NCBI GenBank assembly: GCA_041489255.1
Contig: JBGPQV010000001.1
Location: 1 to 64,000, forward strand
Source: Thermoplasmata archaeon
GTDB lineage: Archaea; Thermoplasmatota; Thermoplasmata; RBG-16-68-12; JAFNFQ01
Reading direction: 5' to 3'
DNA length: 64,000 nucleotides
Shown here: in pieces, positions 8,789 to 18,306 of the stretch
Position numbering within the stretch: position 1 is the stretch's first letter
Layout: the number at the start of each line of letters is the position of its first letter
The notes under the pieces: model-generated
Database searches by the model: none
Seen by the model: the letters and a program-made list of their open reading frames with translations, nothing else
What the model was told of the DNA's origin: nothing
Made by a program: the position numbers and the translations under genes

Positions 8789-10099
8789 ATGACATCGCGG
8801 AAGAGGAAGAAGCTGGTGTATGCCGAGACTGACGGCAAGGTCTACCTCGTGAAAGACGGTGGGAAGCTGAGGTTCCCGGGTGACGGCGAGAAGATCCCCT
8901 TCAAGGTCGAGAAGCTCGCGACGATGCGATTGAGCGAGGCGGACGTCGAGATGGTCAGGCCGCTGCTGGACCGCCATCCGGACGAGTGGCTGTGGCGGGA
9001 TGATGCGCTGGAGCGGGACGATGTCGATTCGGTCGTCAAGAACGCGATCTACATGACGATGATGCGCTGCGTCTCGGAGGTCGCGGCGGTGGAGGGGGAC
9101 AAGGTCCTCATGGTCAAGGCCAAGAGGGGATTCTCCGTTGGATACTGGAACCTCCCTGGCGGGTTCATGCAGTACGGCGAATTGCCGGAGGTCGCCTGCG
9201 CGAGGGAGTTCAAGGAGGAGACAGGAGCGGACGTTGCGGTGGAGGACACAATCGGCGCCTACGTCTCGACTTTCCCGGAGAAACCGGCCTACACCCTAGG
9301 CTTCATTTATCGAGGGCGGGTGCTCAGCAGGGATTTCCATCCGAAGGAGGACGAGATAGAGAAGGTCGACTGGCAATTGTTCGACCATGGGCTGGAGCTC
9401 ACGAGAAATCCCTTCGCGAAGTGGGGGATCGTCGATCTTTACCGCCAGCTGCCCGAGAAGCAAGCGAATATCAATGTCCACTGCCACGGTCTCCTGAAGT
9501 CTCGAGGACCTTCTGGCGGGAAAGGCCCAGTCGTGTTCCTCGACAGGGACGGCGTCATCAACAAGGGCGTGCCCGGATATCTCAAGACGTGGCGGGAGTT
9601 CGAGTTCCTTCCGGGCGCGGTCGACGCGATGAAGTCGCTCTGCGATGGCGGCTACCGCCTCGCGATCGTCACGAACCAGGACGTCATGGGCTGGAAGATC
9701 CTGAGCCATGAGGGGCTGAGGAAGATACACGACAACATGCTGAAGGAACTCTCGAAGAATGGCGTCAGGATTGAGGAGATCTACTATTGCCCGCACAACC
9801 TGATGTCGCAGTGCAGGTGTCACAAGCCGCAGCCCGCCATGTTGCTCGAGGCTGCTAGGGACCTGGATATCTCTCCCCGCCAGGCGTGGATGGTCGGGGA
9901 CAAGGTTTCGGATGTCGTGGTGGGGAAGCACTTCGGGTGCTGGACGATATGGATCGCTGACGCTAAGAGGAGGAAGCATTACGGGACCGACGCGAGGAGA
10001 GCGCAACCAGACTCGACGTGCGACGATTTGGCGGGAGCTGCGAAGGTAATCCGCGAGACCGACATGAACAAGCTCATGTATCGCGCGAGGGAGCTGTGA
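8789..10099 (+). CDS. NUDIX hydrolase fused to GmhB/HisB-type HAD-IIIA phosphatase
   Basis: Nudix box PGGFMQYGELPEVACAREFKEETG; HAD motifs FLDRDGVIN, VTNQ, CPH..CRCHKP, GDKVSD. Confidence 0.85.
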   Translation: MTSRKRKKLVYAETDGKVYLVKDGGKLRFPGDGEKIPFKVEKLATMRLSEADVEMVRPLLDRHPDEWLWRDDALERDDVDSVVKNAIYMTMMRCVSEVAAVEGDKVLMVKAKRGFSVGYWNLPGGFMQYGELPEVACAREFKEETGADVAVEDTIGAYVSTFPEKPAYTLGFIYRGRVLSRDFHPKEDEIEKVDWQLFDHGLELTRNPFAKWGIVDLYRQLPEKQANINVHCHGLLKSRGPSGGKGPVVFLDRDGVINKGVPGYLKTWREFEFLPGAVDAMKSLCDGGYRLAIVTNQDVMGWKILSHEGLRKIHDNMLKELSKNGVRIEEIYYCPHNLMSQCRCHKPQPAMLLEAARDLDISPRQAWMVGDKVSDVVVGKHFGCWTIWIADAKRRKHYGTDARRAQPDSTCDDLAGAAKVIRETDMNKLMYRAREL

Positions 10100-10150
10100 G
10101 TCGGGGCGGATGCGCTAAGATTATCTCGCTCAATTGTTTCCACATTTACG

Positions 10151-11086
10151 ATGGCCGGCTGGGCAATCGAGGCGAAGGGACTGAGCCGGGCTTTCGGCGA
10201 CAAGCTCGCGGTGCAGGGCGTCTCGTTCGGGGTTGCCTGGGGCGAAGTGTTCTCCCTCCTGGGGCCGAATGGGGCGGGGAAGACCACGACTATGCGCCTG
10301 CTCTGTTGCCTCCTGCGCGCGAACGAGGGCACGGCCGAGGTAGGCGGATTCGACATAATCAGAGACCCGCTCAAGGTCAGAGAGCAGATCGGCCTGCTGC
10401 CGGAGAATCCCGGCCTATACGAGTCGTTGAGCGCCGAGAGGAACCTGCGGTTCTTCGGCGAGATCTACGGGGTCCCTCCGGACAAGCTGAAGAAGCGCAT
10501 CGAGGAAATCCTGAAATTGCTGAACATCTGGGACCGACGAGACGACAAGATAGCGAAGTTCTCCAAGGGGATGAGGCAAAAGATTGCGATAGCGAGAGCA
10601 ATCGTGCACGAGCCGCGCATCCTCTTCCTCGACGAACCGACGGCGAGCTTGGACCCGGAGGCCAGCAAGGTCGTCCGCGACTTCATCCTCCAGCTGAAGG
10701 CACGAGGCGGAACTATCCTGCTGAACACCCACAACCTCTACGAGGCGCAGAGGCTGAGCGACCATGTTGGGATCATCAACACGCGGCTGCTCGCGTTCGG
10801 CTCTCCTCACGACCTCGCGGATAGGATGTGGACGAAAGCGACCGTCGTGACCCTGAAGAAGGTCGATGAGGGCGTCCTCGCGGCGGTCAAGGCGCTCGAT
10901 TTCGTGAAGAACGTCAGCGTCGAGGATAGACAGATGATCGTCTCCCTCGGCGACCCTGACAGCGACAATCCAGCACTCGCGAAGGCGCTCGTCAAGGCGG
11001 GGGCGGAGGTCGTTTCGATCAAGGAGAGAGAGCACAGCCTCGAGGACATATACCTCAAGCTCGTCAAGGGGGAGGGAGGCACATGA
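10151..11086 (+). CDS. ABC-2 type exporter ATP-binding protein
   Basis: Walker A GPNGAGKT, signature FSKGMRQK, Walker B LFLDEPT, H-loop. Confidence 0.93.
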   Translation: MAGWAIEAKGLSRAFGDKLAVQGVSFGVAWGEVFSLLGPNGAGKTTTMRLLCCLLRANEGTAEVGGFDIIRDPLKVREQIGLLPENPGLYESLSAERNLRFFGEIYGVPPDKLKKRIEEILKLLNIWDRRDDKIAKFSKGMRQKIAIARAIVHEPRILFLDEPTASLDPEASKVVRDFILQLKARGGTILLNTHNLYEAQRLSDHVGIINTRLLAFGSPHDLADRMWTKATVVTLKKVDEGVLAAVKALDFVKNVSVEDRQMIVSLGDPDSDNPALAKALVKAGAEVVSIKEREHSLEDIYLKLVKGEGGT

Positions 11087-12132
11087 GGCTCGGGAAGGCC
11101 TGGATCGTCGCGAGAAAGGATTTCTCAGAGTTCAGGGCGAACAAGCAGATCATCGCGACGCTGGCGATGATGCCCATCCTCATGACGATTTTCTCGGTGC
11201 TCATCGCGGTCCCGCTGGCCTCCCTGGCCGCGCAGGAGCCGCCGCCGGAGCCGGACCTGAACCTCAACCTCCTTGTCTTCTACGATCATGTCGACCTGAA
11301 AGACACGACGCTCAACAACGCCTGGGTGAATTACTCGACGGTCCTGAACGGCATCGTGAACGTCTCCTACATCAACAACAGCACCCTCACGAACGTCATC
11401 GCGTACAAGTCGCTCCTCGACAACGTGACGGTTACCAATGGCATCCTCATCGGATGCGTCCTGAGGAATTCGGAGTACGGGCAGAACTCGACAATCATGG
11501 TCGACACCGTCGTCTCGGGTACGACGACCGGGTCGAACGACCTCTACAAATCCCTCCTCGACATGATGACTCACAGCTTCCTGCTGTACTTCTTCTTCAT
11601 CATGGCGGTGGCGATGCCCACGACGATAGCCTCGTACAGCTTCGTCGGTGAGAAGACGAACAAGACCCTGGAGCCGCTGCTCTCGACCCCCCTGACAGAC
11701 GGCGAGTTGCTCTTCGGGAAATATATCGCGGTCTTCGTGCCTGTGATGTCGCTGATACTCATCGCGTTCGTCATCATGACGGCGCTGATTGACTTCCTGA
11801 CCGCCCCACTCCTGGGCTACCTCCTGATCCCCGACGCTGTCTGGCTGATCGGCGTGTTCGTCTTGACCCCTATCATCTGTATCGTCGGCATCGCGATGAA
11901 CGTCTACATATCGTCCAAGGTGAACGACGTCAGGACGGCGCAGCAGTACAGCGCCCTGATTGTCCTCCCGGTCCTGCTGGTGTTCGTGATTGGGCCGGTC
12001 ACTGGACTAGGCGCAATCACCGTGGGGTCCATGGCCGCCATCGCCGTGGGCTTCCTCGGGGTCCTCACATTCCTCGTCTGGCTGAACCTGAGGAGGTTCA
12101 ACCGCGAGGACATCCTTACGAGCTGGAAGTGA
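11083..12132 (+). CDS. ABC-2 type permease with Asn/Val-rich extracellular insert
   Basis: ATGA overlap with ATPase; SFVGEKTNKTLEPLLSTPL..GELLFGK motif; multiple TM segments. Confidence 0.88.
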   Translation: MRLGKAWIVARKDFSEFRANKQIIATLAMMPILMTIFSVLIAVPLASLAAQEPPPEPDLNLNLLVFYDHVDLKDTTLNNAWVNYSTVLNGIVNVSYINNSTLTNVIAYKSLLDNVTVTNGILIGCVLRNSEYGQNSTIMVDTVVSGTTTGSNDLYKSLLDMMTHSFLLYFFFIMAVAMPTTIASYSFVGEKTNKTLEPLLSTPLTDGELLFGKYIAVFVPVMSLILIAFVIMTALIDFLTAPLLGYLLIPDAVWLIGVFVLTPIICIVGIAMNVYISSKVNDVRTAQQYSALIVLPVLLVFVIGPVTGLGAITVGSMAAIAVGFLGVLTFLVWLNLRRFNREDILTSWK

Positions 12133-12172
12133 CGCGGGGAAACCTTAAGACGAAGGTGCCATTCCATCCTCC

Positions 12173-13081
12173 GTGGAAATCGTCTTTCTCGGCACCAGCG
12201 GATCCTGGCCTACGCCGAAGAGGAACGCGCCCGCGATGGCGGTGAAGCGCGGCCCCGAGGTCGTCCTCTTCGACTGCGGCGAGGGCACCCAGCGCCAGTT
12301 CATGCTCTCCAAGCTCTCGTTCATGCAGGTGACCAAGGTCTTCATCACGCACTTCCACGGTGACCACTTCCTCGGGCTGCCCGGCCTCATACAGAGCATG
12401 AACATGTACGACCGCGACAGGCCGATGCACATCTTCGGTCCGGCGGGGATGAAGCAGCTCGCGCACACCCTCGTCACGCTCGGCTACTTCACGCCGGGTT
12501 TCGCAATCGGGGTCACGGAGATGGCCGGTGGGTCGTCGATCGACTTCGGCGAGTACACCGTGTCCGCCATCGATGCGCAGCATGCAGTCCCCGCGCTTTC
12601 CTACTGCCTGGAGGAGAAGATGAGGCCCGGCAGGTTCGACAAGCCCAAGGCCCTGGAGCTCGGGATACCGGAGGGACCGCTGTTCGGGAAGCTGCAGGAC
12701 GGGCAGACGGTGGCTTTTGGAGGGAAGACCTTCACCCCCGACATGGTGATGGGCCCGCCGCGGAGGGGCAGGAAGCTTGTATACACGGGCGACACGCTTG
12801 CGCACCCCAAGCTCGCGGAGTTCGCGAGGGACTGCGACGTCCTCGTCCACGACGCCACCGCGGACTCGACCATGGAAGAGAAAGCGAACAAGTACGGGCA
12901 TTCCACCGCAAGACAGGCCGCGGCGCTCGCGAAGGAGTGCGGCGCCAGGGTCCTCTTCCTGACGCACTTCAGCCCGCGCTACGAGGATCCGGCACCCATG
13001 CTCGCCGAGGCGAAGGCGGTGTTCGAGAACAGCATGCTAGCCTGCGATTTCCTGGAGTATGAAGTCCAGTACATCGACTGA
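12173..13081 (+). CDS. rnz: Ribonuclease Z
   Basis: FLGTSG..PT..RN, DCGEGTQRQ, THFHGDH, exosite PEGPLFGKL, YTGDT, HST, THFSPRY. Confidence 0.95.
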   Translation: MEIVFLGTSGSWPTPKRNAPAMAVKRGPEVVLFDCGEGTQRQFMLSKLSFMQVTKVFITHFHGDHFLGLPGLIQSMNMYDRDRPMHIFGPAGMKQLAHTLVTLGYFTPGFAIGVTEMAGGSSIDFGEYTVSAIDAQHAVPALSYCLEEKMRPGRFDKPKALELGIPEGPLFGKLQDGQTVAFGGKTFTPDMVMGPPRRGRKLVYTGDTLAHPKLAEFARDCDVLVHDATADSTMEEKANKYGHSTARQAAALAKECGARVLFLTHFSPRYEDPAPMLAEAKAVFENSMLACDFLEYEVQYID

Positions 13082-13087
13082 TGCATC

Positions 13088-13648
13088 TCAGAGCAGCTTC
13101 ATCAGATCGGACTTGGCGACTATACCCGCGATCTCACCGCCCCTCACGACCAGGACGGCGGGATATCGCTGCAGCAATGCGGCGATGATGCTCACGGGCG
13201 CGCCCTCGTCGACGGTCGGCAGCGGGGCTTCCATGACCTGCGACGCGCGTATCTGCGCGAGGTCTTTCAGGCTCTTCCCCTCTAGAATCAGCCTGGCGAT
13301 CGTCCCCTCCGTCAGGTTCCCAACATTCCTGCCGTCCTTGATCACCGGCAGCTGGGAGAAACCGCGGCCTCGCATCACCTCCGCGGCCTCCTGAAGGGTC
13401 GCCTCGGGGGTCACCGAGTAGACCACCCTGGTCCTCACCTTGCTCGCGACGACCTCGGGCTCGACCTTCTCCAGCTGCCTCTGCAAGGTCTCCAGCAGCT
13501 TCTTCGCGAGTTCGTAAGAGGGGATCATCTGGCTCCGCTCGATCTTTGCTATCGCGCTCTGGCTTACTCCCGCCAAGGCGGCTAGCTGAGCCTGCGTCAG
13601 GCCGAGGCTCCTCCGGAGCCTGGATATCTCGCTCAGATCGGGCAGCAT
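13088..13648 (-). CDS. XRE HTH + CBS-pair transcriptional regulator
   Basis: LTQAQLAALAGVSQSAIAKIE HTH followed by CBS motifs (GFSQLPV, GIVAKSDL). Confidence 0.9.
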   Translation of the reverse strand: MLPDLSEISRLRRSLGLTQAQLAALAGVSQSAIAKIERSQMIPSYELAKKLLETLQRQLEKVEPEVVASKVRTRVVYSVTPEATLQEAAEVMRGRGFSQLPVIKDGRNVGNLTEGTIARLILEGKSLKDLAQIRASQVMEAPLPTVDEGAPVSIIAALLQRYPAVLVVRGGEIAGIVAKSDLMKLL

Positions 13649-13837
13649 CGTGAGATGAAGCGCGTCCCGCCACATATTCCTATCGGAATCAAAGCCTCAG
13701 CAGGCGATTAATACCTCCCGCCTTTGAATCCTGAATCGGCGGGGGAATCGAGCGGCCCCGGAGCGTTTGTAGCCGGAAGGAAACAAAAACCCTATCTACG
13801 TGCTGGCTCTCCCGCCAGAAAGAACGGGTGAAGGACC

Positions 13838-15034
13838 TTGGCGCGAAACATATTCGTCGAGCATTTGGCTCACACTCCGATCGAGAAGCAGGAGACCGAG
13901 ATAGTCGAGAGGAAGGGCATAGGTCACCCCGACAGCGTGGCCGACGGCGTCGCCGAGAGCGTCTCGAGGGCGCTCTGCCAGATGTACATCGAGAGATACG
14001 GGCGCATACTCCATCACAACACGGACGAGGTGCAGGTGGTCGGCGGCCAGTCAGACCCTCGCTTCGGGGGCGGGGTCGTGCTCGATCCCGCATATGTGCT
14101 CCTGGTCGGCAGGGCCGTGACCCAGGTCGACGGCCACAGGCTGCCATACAGGCATGTGGCGGTGCAGGCAGCTCATGACTACATCCAGAGCGTCTGCACG
14201 AACCTACACGTTGACACGGAGACCATCATCGACTGCAAGATCGGGCAGGGGTCCGTCGACCTGAGGGGCCTTTACGAGACGAAGAAACTGCTCGCCAACG
14301 ACACGTCGTTCGGCGTCAGCTTCGCGCCCTACAGCGAGACGGAGAAGCTCGCCCTGGAGACGGAGGAGCTCATCAACGGGCCGCTGAAGAAGAAGCTGCC
14401 CGAGGTAGGGCAGGACGTCAAGGTCATGGCGTACAGGTCGAAAGACAAGATCTTCCTCACCGTCGCGGCGGCCATGGTGGACAGGTACATCCCCGACAAG
14501 GATCACTACCTCAGCGTCAAGGAGGAACTCAAGGATCTGATACTCAACCTCGCGGCGAGGAAGACGAAAAGGGATGTCGCGGTCGAGGTCAACACCGGAG
14601 ACAACCCCAAGGCGAACATCTTCTACCTCACCGTCACGGGCGTCTCGTTCGAGAACGGCGACGACGGGTCAGTCGGGCGGGGGAACAGGTGCAATGGGCT
14701 CATCACGCCGTACAGGCCGATGAGCCTCGAGGCGACAGCGGGCAAGAACCCGGTGACCCACGTCGGCAAGCTCTACAACATACTCGCGTTCGAGCTCGCG
14801 CAGAGGATCGTGGACGAGGCGCGCGGGGACATCGAGGAGGTCCACGTCCGCATGGTCTCGCAGATAGGCAGGCCGATATCCGAACCCCAGGCAGCGACGG
14901 CCCAGGTCATGCTCGCGGACGGCACGAAGCTGGCGTCCGTGAAGGAGAACGTCGAGGGCGTGATCGCGAACGGCCTCGAACACATAGGGAACCTGACGGA
15001 GCGCATCGTGAAGGGCAAGGTCAGGATATTCTAG
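13838..15034 (+). CDS. mat: Archaeal S-adenosylmethionine synthetase
   Basis: [50 protein letters not shown]. Confidence 0.96.
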   Translation: MARNIFVEHLAHTPIEKQETEIVERKGIGHPDSVADGVAESVSRALCQMYIERYGRILHHNTDEVQVVGGQSDPRFGGGVVLDPAYVLLVGRAVTQVDGHRLPYRHVAVQAAHDYIQSVCTNLHVDTETIIDCKIGQGSVDLRGLYETKKLLANDTSFGVSFAPYSETEKLALETEELINGPLKKKLPEVGQDVKVMAYRSKDKIFLTVAAAMVDRYIPDKDHYLSVKEELKDLILNLAARKTKRDVAVEVNTGDNPKANIFYLTVTGVSFENGDDGSVGRGNRCNGLITPYRPMSLEATAGKNPVTHVGKLYNILAFELAQRIVDEARGDIEEVHVRMVSQIGRPISEPQAATAQVMLADGTKLASVKENVEGVIANGLEHIGNLTERIVKGKVRIF

Positions 15035-15193
15035 AGGTTGATAGTGGGCCGGAACGCCACATTTGACCGGATGCCGGGTCATCTGGCCGTAGTATCAGCC
15101 ATGAGAGTCGGGGCATAAGCATTAAAGCGGTCAGCGCGCGTTCTTAGGCGCCATACAGCGGATTTGCAGTTATTCGACGCATAGAGGTGCGGC

Positions 15194-15469
15194 TTGAACG
15201 AGTCTATTGTGTTCAGACCGGACACGGAAAAGGTCCTCGACGAGAGGCTCAGGGCGAACGACAAGGACCCCGATGTCATGTTCACGTACGCCGCGCTGAG
15301 GACGATCCAAGGCAAGTTCGAGGAGGCCCTCGACTGGCTTCGGCAGCTCGAGGAGATCGAGCCCAAGTACCCCGGGATGTGGCGGTTGAAGGCCAAGATT
15401 TATGAGCTCAAGGGAGATGCAGAGACCGCGGCATTCTACTGGAAGATGGGGTGCGATGGCTCCAGATGA
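15194..15469 (+). CDS. Small TPR protein
   Basis: TPR pattern YAALRTIQGKFEEALDWLRQLEEIEPKYPGMWRLKAKIYELKGD; overlaps GTPase start. Confidence 0.75.
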   Translation: MNESIVFRPDTEKVLDERLRANDKDPDVMFTYAALRTIQGKFEEALDWLRQLEEIEPKYPGMWRLKAKIYELKGDAETAAFYWKMGCDGSR

Positions 15470-16040
15470 CGAAAGACCAAGAGCAGTGAAGGTTAAACTC
15501 TGTCTAGCCGGAGAGCCCGCCGTCGGCAAGAGCAGCATGATCAAGCGCTTCGTCTTGGACATGTACGACGACAGGTATATCGCCACGCTCGGGACGAAGG
15601 TCACGAAGAAGACTGTCACCCTGGTCGACTTCGATGGAGGCCAGGTGAAGGCTGACCTGATCGTCTGGGACGTCATGGGCACGAGGTCGATCAGGGACCT
15701 GCTGAAGGAAGCCTACTACCACGGCGCGAACGGCGTCATGGCCGTCTGCGACCTGACGAGGCGGGAGACGCTCCTCGAGCTGGACTCATGGTCGAAGGCG
15801 ATCGAGACGGTCGCGGGTGTCGTCCCGACGCAGGTGGTCGCCAACAAAGTCGACCTGAAGGAGTCGAGGCAGGTCAGCGACGGCGAGCTGGAGAAGTTCT
15901 GCAGCGCCCGCGGATGGAAGTACGTCACGACGAGCGCGAAGACGGGAGAGAACGTCGAGCAGGCGTTCAAGGACCTCGGCCAGAGCGCACTCGTGAAGGT
16001 GCTCGGCGTGCAGAGACCCCCCGTCGTGGCGAGCCAGTGA
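15456..16040 (+). CDS. Ras-superfamily (Rab/Roc-like) small GTPase
   Basis: G1 GEPAVGKS, G2 YIATLG, G3 WDVMG, G4 NKVD, G5 TSAK. Confidence 0.92.
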   Translation: MAPDDERPRAVKVKLCLAGEPAVGKSSMIKRFVLDMYDDRYIATLGTKVTKKTVTLVDFDGGQVKADLIVWDVMGTRSIRDLLKEAYYHGANGVMAVCDLTRRETLLELDSWSKAIETVAGVVPTQVVANKVDLKESRQVSDGELEKFCSARGWKYVTTSAKTGENVEQAFKDLGQSALVKVLGVQRPPVVASQ

Positions 16041-16128
16041 GGCCCGAGCACGTGCAATGGGCGGCCAGCTCCCAGAAAAGATTATAAGGTTCAATTCTCT
16101 AGGATTGACCCTCCATTGGTCGTAGGAT

Positions 16129-16998
16129 ATGGCGGAGTTCGAGCGGGGGTTACTGGAGAAAAGAGAGAGGGCCAACGCCGACGCTGAGAAGCACAGGCGG
16201 AAGCGCGACGACCTCAACGAGAAGACCAGGCAGTGGGTCGAGAAGAGGGACGTCCTCAACGCGCAGGCGAGGCCCCTCATCGAGGAGGCGACTGTCCACC
16301 GCGAGAAGAGAGACGCCCTCAACCTCGATGTCAGGAAGGCCAAGGAGGAGAGGGACAGGTGGAACCGCAGGGTGAACGACCTCGCCGCGATGATCGGCGA
16401 CATCAAGCGGAGGAAGATGCCGCGGGGCGAGGCTTACCTTTTCGAGCTCAAGAAAGAGCTCAAGGCGCTCGAGTTCAGGCAGATGACCTCGGTCCTCACG
16501 GCGGACAAGGAGAAGGATTTGATCAAGGAGATGGGGCGGTACCAGGCGGAGATCAACAAGATAGAGCAGACCCTGGAGGAGGACGAGGAGGTCAAGAAGG
16601 CGCGGGAGGAGCTCGCGGCGACGAAGGAGACCGCCGAGGCCGCGCACAAGATGGTCGGGGAGCTCGCAGAGCAGGCGCAGGCGGAGCACGACATTATGAT
16701 CTCCCTGTACGAGCAGGGCGACGCGGTGAGGAAGGAGGCGGACGGCGCCCAGGAGGAGTTCATCAAGACGAAGATGATGGCCGACGAGGAGCACAGGAGC
16801 CACATCGACCACATCAGGCTCGTGCACGACTACGACAAGATACTCCACGGTGTCAGAGCGAGGACGGCGAGGCCGCGCGAGGAGGTCGTCGAGGTCGCGG
16901 CGAAGAAGGAGGCCGAGCTCATCTACGAGAGGTTCAGGAGAGGGGAGAAGCTCAGCACGGAGGACCTGATGACCCTCCAGAATTCAGGGTACCTGTAG
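16129..16998 (+). CDS. Conserved archaeal coiled-coil protein (COG1340-like)
   Basis: All-helical KRD.LN repeats, EFRQMTSVLT, C-terminal GEKLSTEDL; BRE/TATA AAAAGATTATAA at ~16076. Confidence 0.85.
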   Translation: MAEFERGLLEKRERANADAEKHRRKRDDLNEKTRQWVEKRDVLNAQARPLIEEATVHREKRDALNLDVRKAKEERDRWNRRVNDLAAMIGDIKRRKMPRGEAYLFELKKELKALEFRQMTSVLTADKEKDLIKEMGRYQAEINKIEQTLEEDEEVKKAREELAATKETAEAAHKMVGELAEQAQAEHDIMISLYEQGDAVRKEADGAQEEFIKTKMMADEEHRSHIDHIRLVHDYDKILHGVRARTARPREEVVEVAAKKEAELIYERFRRGEKLSTEDLMTLQNSGYL

Positions 16999-17086
16999 GC
17001 CGCAGGATGACGTCCACCGCTCAGTCTCAGCAACCGAGTCCGTGAACACAAGGTATTTTACCAGCCCGCATATACATCGGGAAGGA

Positions 17087-17185
17087 GCCGCAGTAACTCA
17101 GCTGGGAGAGTGCGAGACTGAAGTACGAGGGTCAGGCCCTCGCGCGGAAATCTCGAAGTCGCCGGTTCAAGTCCGGCCTGCGGCA
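17087..17185 (+). tRNA. tRNA-Phe(GAA) with 26-nt intron at 37/38 (17124-17149)
   Basis: Acceptor GCCGCAG/CTGCGGC, D-stem ACTC/GAGT, anticodon stem CGAGA/TCTCG, T-arm GCCGG-TTCAAGT-CCGGC; intron hairpin CGAGGG/CCCTCG. Confidence 0.93.
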
Positions 17186-17188
17186 CGT

Positions 17189-17296
17189 CCCGCCTTAGCT
17201 CAGCCTGGTAGAGCGGGTGACTGTAGAAGGTTCCCGCCAGAATTGGCGGTGCCCGCTGGCATCATCAGGCCTCCGGTTCAAATCCGGAAGGCGGGA
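17189..17296 (+). tRNA. tRNA-Tyr(GTA) with 34-nt intron at 37/38 (17227-17260)
   Basis: Acceptor CCCGCCT/AGGCGGG (C1-G72), anticodon stem GGTGA/TCATC, T-arm TCCGG-TTCAAAT-CCGGA; intron hairpin CCGCCA/TGGCGG. Confidence 0.93.
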
Positions 17297-17350
17297 CTCC
17301 CTTCCATTTCTCAGGTCGATCCCCGTCCCGGTAGCTTTATCGTCGGATGC

Positions 17351-17371
17351 GTGTATACACAAAGTAGATAC
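17351..17371. promoter_or_regulatory. Putative antitoxin operator
   Basis: Perfect palindrome GTGTATACAC then GTAGATAC, between TATA-like CTTTAT (~17335) and the antitoxin ATG. Confidence 0.5.
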
Positions 17372-17372
17372 G

Positions 17373-17585
17373 ATGAACGCGCGCGTGAGGCGTTGGGGCA
17401 ACAGTCTGGCGATCCGTTTGAACAAGAAGCAGCTCGACTCGGCGGGCATCTCAGAGGGTGACCTGGTGAACGTGGACGTGGTGAAGCTGAAGAAGGGCGG
17501 CAACCTGGACCTGGAGAGCCTGCCCACGTTCAAGGACAGCGATCCGAAGGCCAGCGCAAGACATGACGATTACCTCTACGGGTGA
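17373..17585 (+). CDS. AbrB/MazE-family antitoxin (VapB)
   Basis: MNARVRRWGNSLAIRL....GISEGDLV; C-terminal HDDYLYG. Confidence 0.88.
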   Translation: MNARVRRWGNSLAIRLNKKQLDSAGISEGDLVNVDVVKLKKGGNLDLESLPTFKDSDPKASARHDDYLYG

Positions 17586-17589
17586 CGCG

Positions 17590-17976
17590 ATGCGGATTGC
17601 CGACACCAGCTTCCTCTACGCGCTATTCTCCGAGACGGACGAGCATCATACGAAGGCGGTGGCGGAGGCAGGCAAGACCCACGCTCTGTCGATTCCACCC
17701 GAGATCTTGTCGGAGACCGTCTCGCTCATCCATCGCAGGCAGGGCTTTCAGGCCGCCATGTTGGCGGGGGAGTGGGTCCGTTCGCAGGCGGGCATCGAAA
17801 TATGCGCAGCCCCCAAGCCGATCATCGAAAACACATGGAAGATATTCGCCGCCGGCAATGGGAGGCTGAGCTACCCCGATTCGGCCGTCATCGCCCACTG
17901 CAGGGCCTTGAACGCGCGTCCGCTCACCTTCGACGAGACGATCTTGGATTTCATGGGGAGAAGACCAAAGACTTAG
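17590..17976 (+). CDS. PIN-domain toxin (VapC)
   Basis: IADTSFLYA, ILSET, LSYPDS, LTFD acidic tetrad; follows antitoxin. Confidence 0.88.
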   Translation: MRIADTSFLYALFSETDEHHTKAVAEAGKTHALSIPPEILSETVSLIHRRQGFQAAMLAGEWVRSQAGIEICAAPKPIIENTWKIFAAGNGRLSYPDSAVIAHCRALNARPLTFDETILDFMGRRPKT

Positions 17977-18306
17977 CGATGTCTGCTTTCCCTGGAGTCC
18001 TGCCACGCATTCAACCCTCCCTCCCGAGCGTTCATCACGAAGGGGACGCCATCGCCATCGACTCCTTACGTGGGGTGCCGATCAACGACAGGCCTCCGGT
18101 TCTGATTCGAGAGGCGGGACTCGTCCTTTTCAGGGCGGTCCGGGAGGGGGAGGCCATAGGCGCCAGTTTCGGCCACCTGCGAGTTATCCATAAGTATGGA
18201 TAACTACCGGGCACTCCGCCATCGACTCAATGGTGTGGGCGGCTCACGCCAATCTCGCGCTTCACCTTGGAGAAACCTTCTTGTCTGATGGTGGAATCAA
18301 CCATTC

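Noticed and set aside
17042-17372. ORFs spanning the tRNA-Phe/Tyr genes
   Set aside because: Region is explained by the tRNAs; the antitoxin starts at 17373.
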